64,000 bases of DNA from assembly GCA_964491385.1 (NCBI GenBank), contig CAZBGA010000006.1:5445-69444 (forward strand), given 5' to 3'. Below, in pieces: positions 60,971 through 64,000 of the stretch (positions are counted from its first letter, which is position 1; each line of letters begins with the position of its first letter). Below the pieces are notes generated by a model. It did not search any database. It had not been told where the DNA came from and was given only the letters and a program-made list of their open reading frames with translations. The DNA comes from an uncultured Treponemataceae bacterium. Lineage in GTDB: Bacteria > Spirochaetota > Spirochaetia > Treponematales > Rectinemataceae. The position numbers were made by a program, and so were the translations under genes.

Positions 60971-62968
60971 CTAGGCCCCGTCCGCTTCTCTCACCATCGC
61001 CGCGTGCCAGGCCAGCAGGAATTCCTCGTCCGCCGCGCGTCCGCCCTCGACGTCGGCCATGACGCGGAAGACGGGCTCCGTACCCGAGCCGCGCATCCAT
61101 AGGAAGGCGCGCGGGGCCCCGGCCGGATCCGCGAAGGCGATTCGCAATCCGCCGCTCCCGGACTCGGAGAAATCGGAGCCTATGCGAGTCTCGACCTGGC
61201 CCTTGGTGGCGAAGGCCTCCCAGGACGAGACGCCGAAGCGCCGGGCGAGGTCCCCTTTTCGCTTCTCCCATTCGCGGGCGAATACCGCCGCATAACGCGC
61301 CTTGAGATCGGAGTGGTCGACGGTGCTGACGCGGAGGGCGGCCCTCGGCTCGAAGACGCTCGTCGTCGCGAAGGCGGGCAGGGATTCGAGGATTTCGTCG
61401 ACCCCGAAATCCGCGTAGTATGCCGGTCCTCTCCCCGCCTTGCCGGCGGCCGAGCGGCTCGACCATATGGCGAAGAGCCCCGTCTCGGCGGAGCCTGGGC
61501 CGCCGCGCTCGCCCGTCGTCGGCCCGCCGCGGAGGAGGAGGAGCTTGAGCAGGGCGCCGAGGGTGGAAAGGGGATCGCGGACGGCCGACGGGTAGGTAAT
61601 GTTGCCCCCGTTCGAGCCCTCGCCGAGAATGCGGACGATATAGCCCTTCTCGCGCAGCGCGCCCGCGAGGCCCACGACGTTCGCTTCGCCGGTCTCGGCG
61701 CGGTAGACATCGACGTCGAAGGCCCGCGCGATCGCGTTTATCCTCATGCTCGTCGCGTCGTTGACCACGACGGCGGCCTTTTCCCTCGCGTTGCCCGCTT
61801 CGTCGTAGCTGAGGCGGCCGTCGCGCACGAGCTGCGACAGCTCGGCGGCGCAGCAGAGCGCGAATACCTCCTGGGCCTCCACCGGCCGTGCGATTCCGTC
61901 GCGCCCCAGGACTACCAGGTTCCCGCGATCTCCGTCGCAATCGGGAACATAGGCCGCGACGAAGGCGGGATCCTCGGCGGCGGCCGCCTCGAGCTCCCGC
62001 GTCGCGTCCACCAGGGACTCGCCCTCGGGGACGATGCGGTGCGCGAACTCGCGAGGCCTGTCGTTGACGGCGCGGACCCTGACTCCTATGCCCTCGAGGA
62101 AGTCGCGGTCTATCGAGACGCAGCGAGCCGAGCCGTTGAGCTCGGCTACGACGCCGACGGGCCGCCGTTCGGCGGCGCTCGCCATCTCGTCTAAGAGCCC
62201 TTCCTGCCCGCGCCGGTCGTCGGTTCCCGCTATCACTTCGTGAGCGAACAGGGTATAGGCCGAGATCGAGCGGCGCTTCCAGCCCGCGCAGCCCGAATAG
62301 ACCCTTGCTATGCTTTGCGCCTCGGCCGCCTCCATGAGCGCGAGCACGCGCGCCGACAAACCGCTTCCCGCGAGCAGGGCGCGGTAGGCCTCGATCAGGG
62401 AGCTCGAGTCGGAAGCGCCGATGACGCCTCCGTCGCCCAGGCCGAACTTCAACCCGTTGTGTCCGCGGGGATTGTGGCTCGCCGTGACATAGCAGAAGCC
62501 TTCCGCTCCCGCGTCGGCGCCTGGCCCTCGTCCCGTAGCCCCGCGCGCCGGGATCGCGCGCGCGTAGGCCATTATCTCGGGAGCCGCGACGATGAAGAGG
62601 TAGCGCGGGGACAGGCCGAGGCCGAGGAAGACGCGGATAATGGCGTCCGCGATCGCGGGGCCGGTCGGCCTCGAGTCTATGCCCACGAGGACGCGTGGAG
62701 AGGCCGAAGGGCTTCGCGATCTTACGAGACCCGCGAAGGCGATGGCGGCCGCTCCGGCGAGGACGATATCGGCGCCGGACACCGCGTCCGAGTCCGATTC
62801 CTCGTCCCCGTCCTCGGCGAAGACCTTGCGCCATCCCGAGGCCGAGAGGATGAGGGCCGACGCGGCCGCCCGCACCTCGGCGGCTCCCGGCAAGGAGTCC
62901 GCGCTCAAGGGGACGATGTCGGGGTCGCCTACCGTGAAATCCGTTCCGGGCAGTGTTATCCTGGGCAT
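60971..62968 (-). CDS. phosphoglucomutase/phosphomannomutase-family enzyme (long form)
   Basis: Active-site loop VTASHNPRGHNGLKF, metal loop PDCDGDRGNL, GEGSNGG sugar loop. Confidence 0.8.
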   Translation of the reverse strand: MPRITLPGTDFTVGDPDIVPLSADSLPGAAEVRAAASALILSASGWRKVFAEDGDEESDSDAVSGADIVLAGAAAIAFAGLVRSRSPSASPRVLVGIDSRPTGPAIADAIIRVFLGLGLSPRYLFIVAAPEIMAYARAIPARGATGRGPGADAGAEGFCYVTASHNPRGHNGLKFGLGDGGVIGASDSSSLIEAYRALLAGSGLSARVLALMEAAEAQSIARVYSGCAGWKRRSISAYTLFAHEVIAGTDDRRGQEGLLDEMASAAERRPVGVVAELNGSARCVSIDRDFLEGIGVRVRAVNDRPREFAHRIVPEGESLVDATRELEAAAAEDPAFVAAYVPDCDGDRGNLVVLGRDGIARPVEAQEVFALCCAAELSQLVRDGRLSYDEAGNAREKAAVVVNDATSMRINAIARAFDVDVYRAETGEANVVGLAGALREKGYIVRILGEGSNGGNITYPSAVRDPLSTLGALLKLLLLRGGPTTGERGGPGSAETGLFAIWSSRSAAGKAGRGPAYYADFGVDEILESLPAFATTSVFEPRAALRVSTVDHSDLKARYAAVFAREWEKRKGDLARRFGVSSWEAFATKGQVETRIGSDFSESGSGGLRIAFADPAGAPRAFLWMRGSGTEPVFRVMADVEGGRAADEEFLLAWHAAMVREADGA

Positions 62969-63045
62969 AGCGGCTGATAGTATAGTCCAACCGGGCCCTT
63001 TGTCGCGAGGCCGATCTTTTGATATGTTATATCACGGAGGATGCG

Positions 63046-63234
63046 ATGATCAGCCTGGAAGACGAGACCTGCATCGACTGCGGGATTTGCGCGGATGTCC
63101 TTCCACAGTATTTCGAGGTCGCCGAGGGCAAGGTGCGCGTCCGCCGAGGCGCCGGGCTCGGGGGCGAGGAGTCCGATCGGGAGGCGCTTAAAGAAGTCAT
63201 CAGGGATTGCCCCTCTGGCTCGATTCGAGCCTAG
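63046..63234 (+). CDS. small single-cluster ferredoxin
   Basis: GGAGG 7 nt upstream. CIDCGICADVLP...DCPSGSI pattern. Confidence 0.7.
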   Translation: MISLEDETCIDCGICADVLPQYFEVAEGKVRVRRGAGLGGEESDREALKEVIRDCPSGSIRA

Positions 63235-63285
63235 CATCCGCCCTGGCCTTGCTCCTCCGCTCGGCTCCTCGGTATCCTCTGACCG

Positions 63286-64000
63286 ATGAACCCGATGATG
63301 CTCCTTAAATCGCTGGTTCCCGGTCTCTTGCCTCTCGTCATATTCGTAGGCGCCGACGCCGTATTCGGCGAGAAGATCGGTCTCCTCGTCGGCATAGGCG
63401 TGGGTCTGGTCGAATTCGCCTACATACTCCGCAGGGACAGAAAGGCCGATCCCTTCGTCGCGGCGGACACGATCCTCCTCGCCGTCGCCGGAGGGATCTC
63501 CTTCTTCATCGGGAACGACATCTTCTTCAAGCTCAAGCCGGCGGTGATCGAGGCGATTCTCGCCGCCGCCATGGGTGCCCTTCTCGTCCTGCCCCCGAGC
63601 TATCTCAAAGGCTACGTCGGCAGGCAGCTTCGCGGCATCGCCATCCCGGACGCGGCGATGCCGGCCATGAAGAAGAGCCTCGCCGTCATGCTCGCCGTCC
63701 TCGTAGCCCACGTCGCGCTCACTGTCTATGCCGCGCTTGCGATGTCGACGGCCGCCTGGGGCTTCATTTCCGGAGGCCTTCTCTACATCCTCTTCGCCGC
63801 CGTCGCCATAAGCCAGTTCGCCTCCGCGAGGCTGCGGGCGAGGCGCGCCGGGCGGGGAGGCTCGGGCGAGGAGATGCTCCCCCTCATCGACGAGTCCGGC
63901 AAAGTCCTGGGAACGGCGCCCAGGAGCGAGTGCCACAAGGGACCGGGCAAGCTCCATCCCGTCGTCCACCTTCAGATCGTGGACGGCAGGGGAGGCATGT
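63286..64000 (+). CDS. IspZ/YciB-like membrane domain fused to a Nudix hydrolase domain (3' end outside window; not in the ORF track because no stop is reached)
   Basis: My own translation from the ATG at 63286: MNPMMLLKSLVPGLLPLVIFVGADAVFGEKIGLLVGIGVGLVEF...KLKPAVIEAILAAAMG...(5 TM)...EEMLPLIDESGKVLGTAPRSECHKGPGKLHPVVHLQIVDGRGGM. The last part is the typical start of IDI-like Nudix proteins. Confidence 0.6.
   Translation, partial: MNPMMLLKSLVPGLLPLVIFVGADAVFGEKIGLLVGIGVGLVEFAYILRRDRKADPFVAADTILLAVAGGISFFIGNDIFFKLKPAVIEAILAAAMGALLVLPPSYLKGYVGRQLRGIAIPDAAMPAMKKSLAVMLAVLVAHVALTVYAALAMSTAAWGFISGGLLYILFAAVAISQFASARLRARRAGRGGSGEEMLPLIDESGKVLGTAPRSECHKGPGKLHPVVHLQIVDGRGGM

Noticed and set aside
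60918-62990. Upper part of the 819-aa ORF 60531..62990
   Set aside because: It is an Arg/Gly-rich shadow of the phosphohexomutase gene. Only the last 128 codons (the PUR-like protein) are credible.
62956-63969. 337-aa minus-strand ORF
   Set aside because: It is antisense to the ferredoxin and IspZ-Nudix genes and has no motifs.
1-64000. Mobile elements, prophage, or defence islands (restriction-modification, toxin-antitoxin, CBASS, retron-like)
   Set aside because: I found no integrase, transposase, reverse transcriptase, nuclease-NTPase pair or small toxin/antitoxin couple. The only hint of past mobility is the inverted tRNA-Glu 3' fragment.

Overview
64-kb, visibly GC-rich (about two-thirds G+C by eye, not computed) chromosomal segment. 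I support about 58 protein genes and 2 tRNAs. There is no rRNA, CRISPR array, transposase, integrase or phage gene. As usual for GC-rich DNA, many long ORFs in the track are antisense or out-of-frame shadows, and several real genes start well inside the listed ORF. The gene content suggests a free-living high-GC spirochaete-like bacterium (low-confidence inference): a PUR/DUF3276 protein, a signal-peptide flagellin-like protein, TPR lipoproteins, a GGDG/PKT-type phosphofructokinase and many PAS/REC kinases.

Most of the window is housekeeping:
- Nucleic-acid and translation genes: recJ, recO, thpR, rnhB, infA, a DksA-like protein.
- Metabolic genes: trxB, ilvE, nudC, pfk, a phosphohexomutase, histidinol phosphatase.

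Candidates worth follow-up, most interesting first:
1. A contiguous molybdenum/selenium island (10961-23501). A stand-alone Mop protein is transcribed divergently from a Fur-family regulator that sits in one operon with modABC (ModC lacks its TOBE domain). A perfect 10-5-10 palindrome overlaps the Fur gene's -35 box. Next come a GntR/HutC regulator and a 7-gene operon: a porin-like protein, two xanthine-dehydrogenase-family molybdoenzymes and a YqeB-family selenium-dependent molybdenum hydroxylase maturation protein.
2. A tightly coupled pfk / REC-STAS-REC / hybrid kinase-Hpt operon, with a divergent HisKA_2 kinase.
3. A 774-aa protein combining an unknown N-domain, a metallo-beta-lactamase domain, a cNMP-binding domain and a hemerythrin domain.
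4. A translationally coupled pduL plus extended UPRTase-like gene pair.
5. An unusual tRNA-Gln/tRNA-Glu locus. Three perfect hairpins fill the spacer, and an inverted partial copy of the tRNA-Glu 3' end lies across a 17-bp bidirectional terminator.
6. A signal-peptide-bearing minimal flagellin.
7. A DapF-fold protein lacking one catalytic cysteine.
8. A recurring '-10 hexamer + 6 nt + ATG' geometry that suggests leaderless mRNAs.

None of these could be confirmed by database search here. Family calls come from motifs I recognise in the translations.
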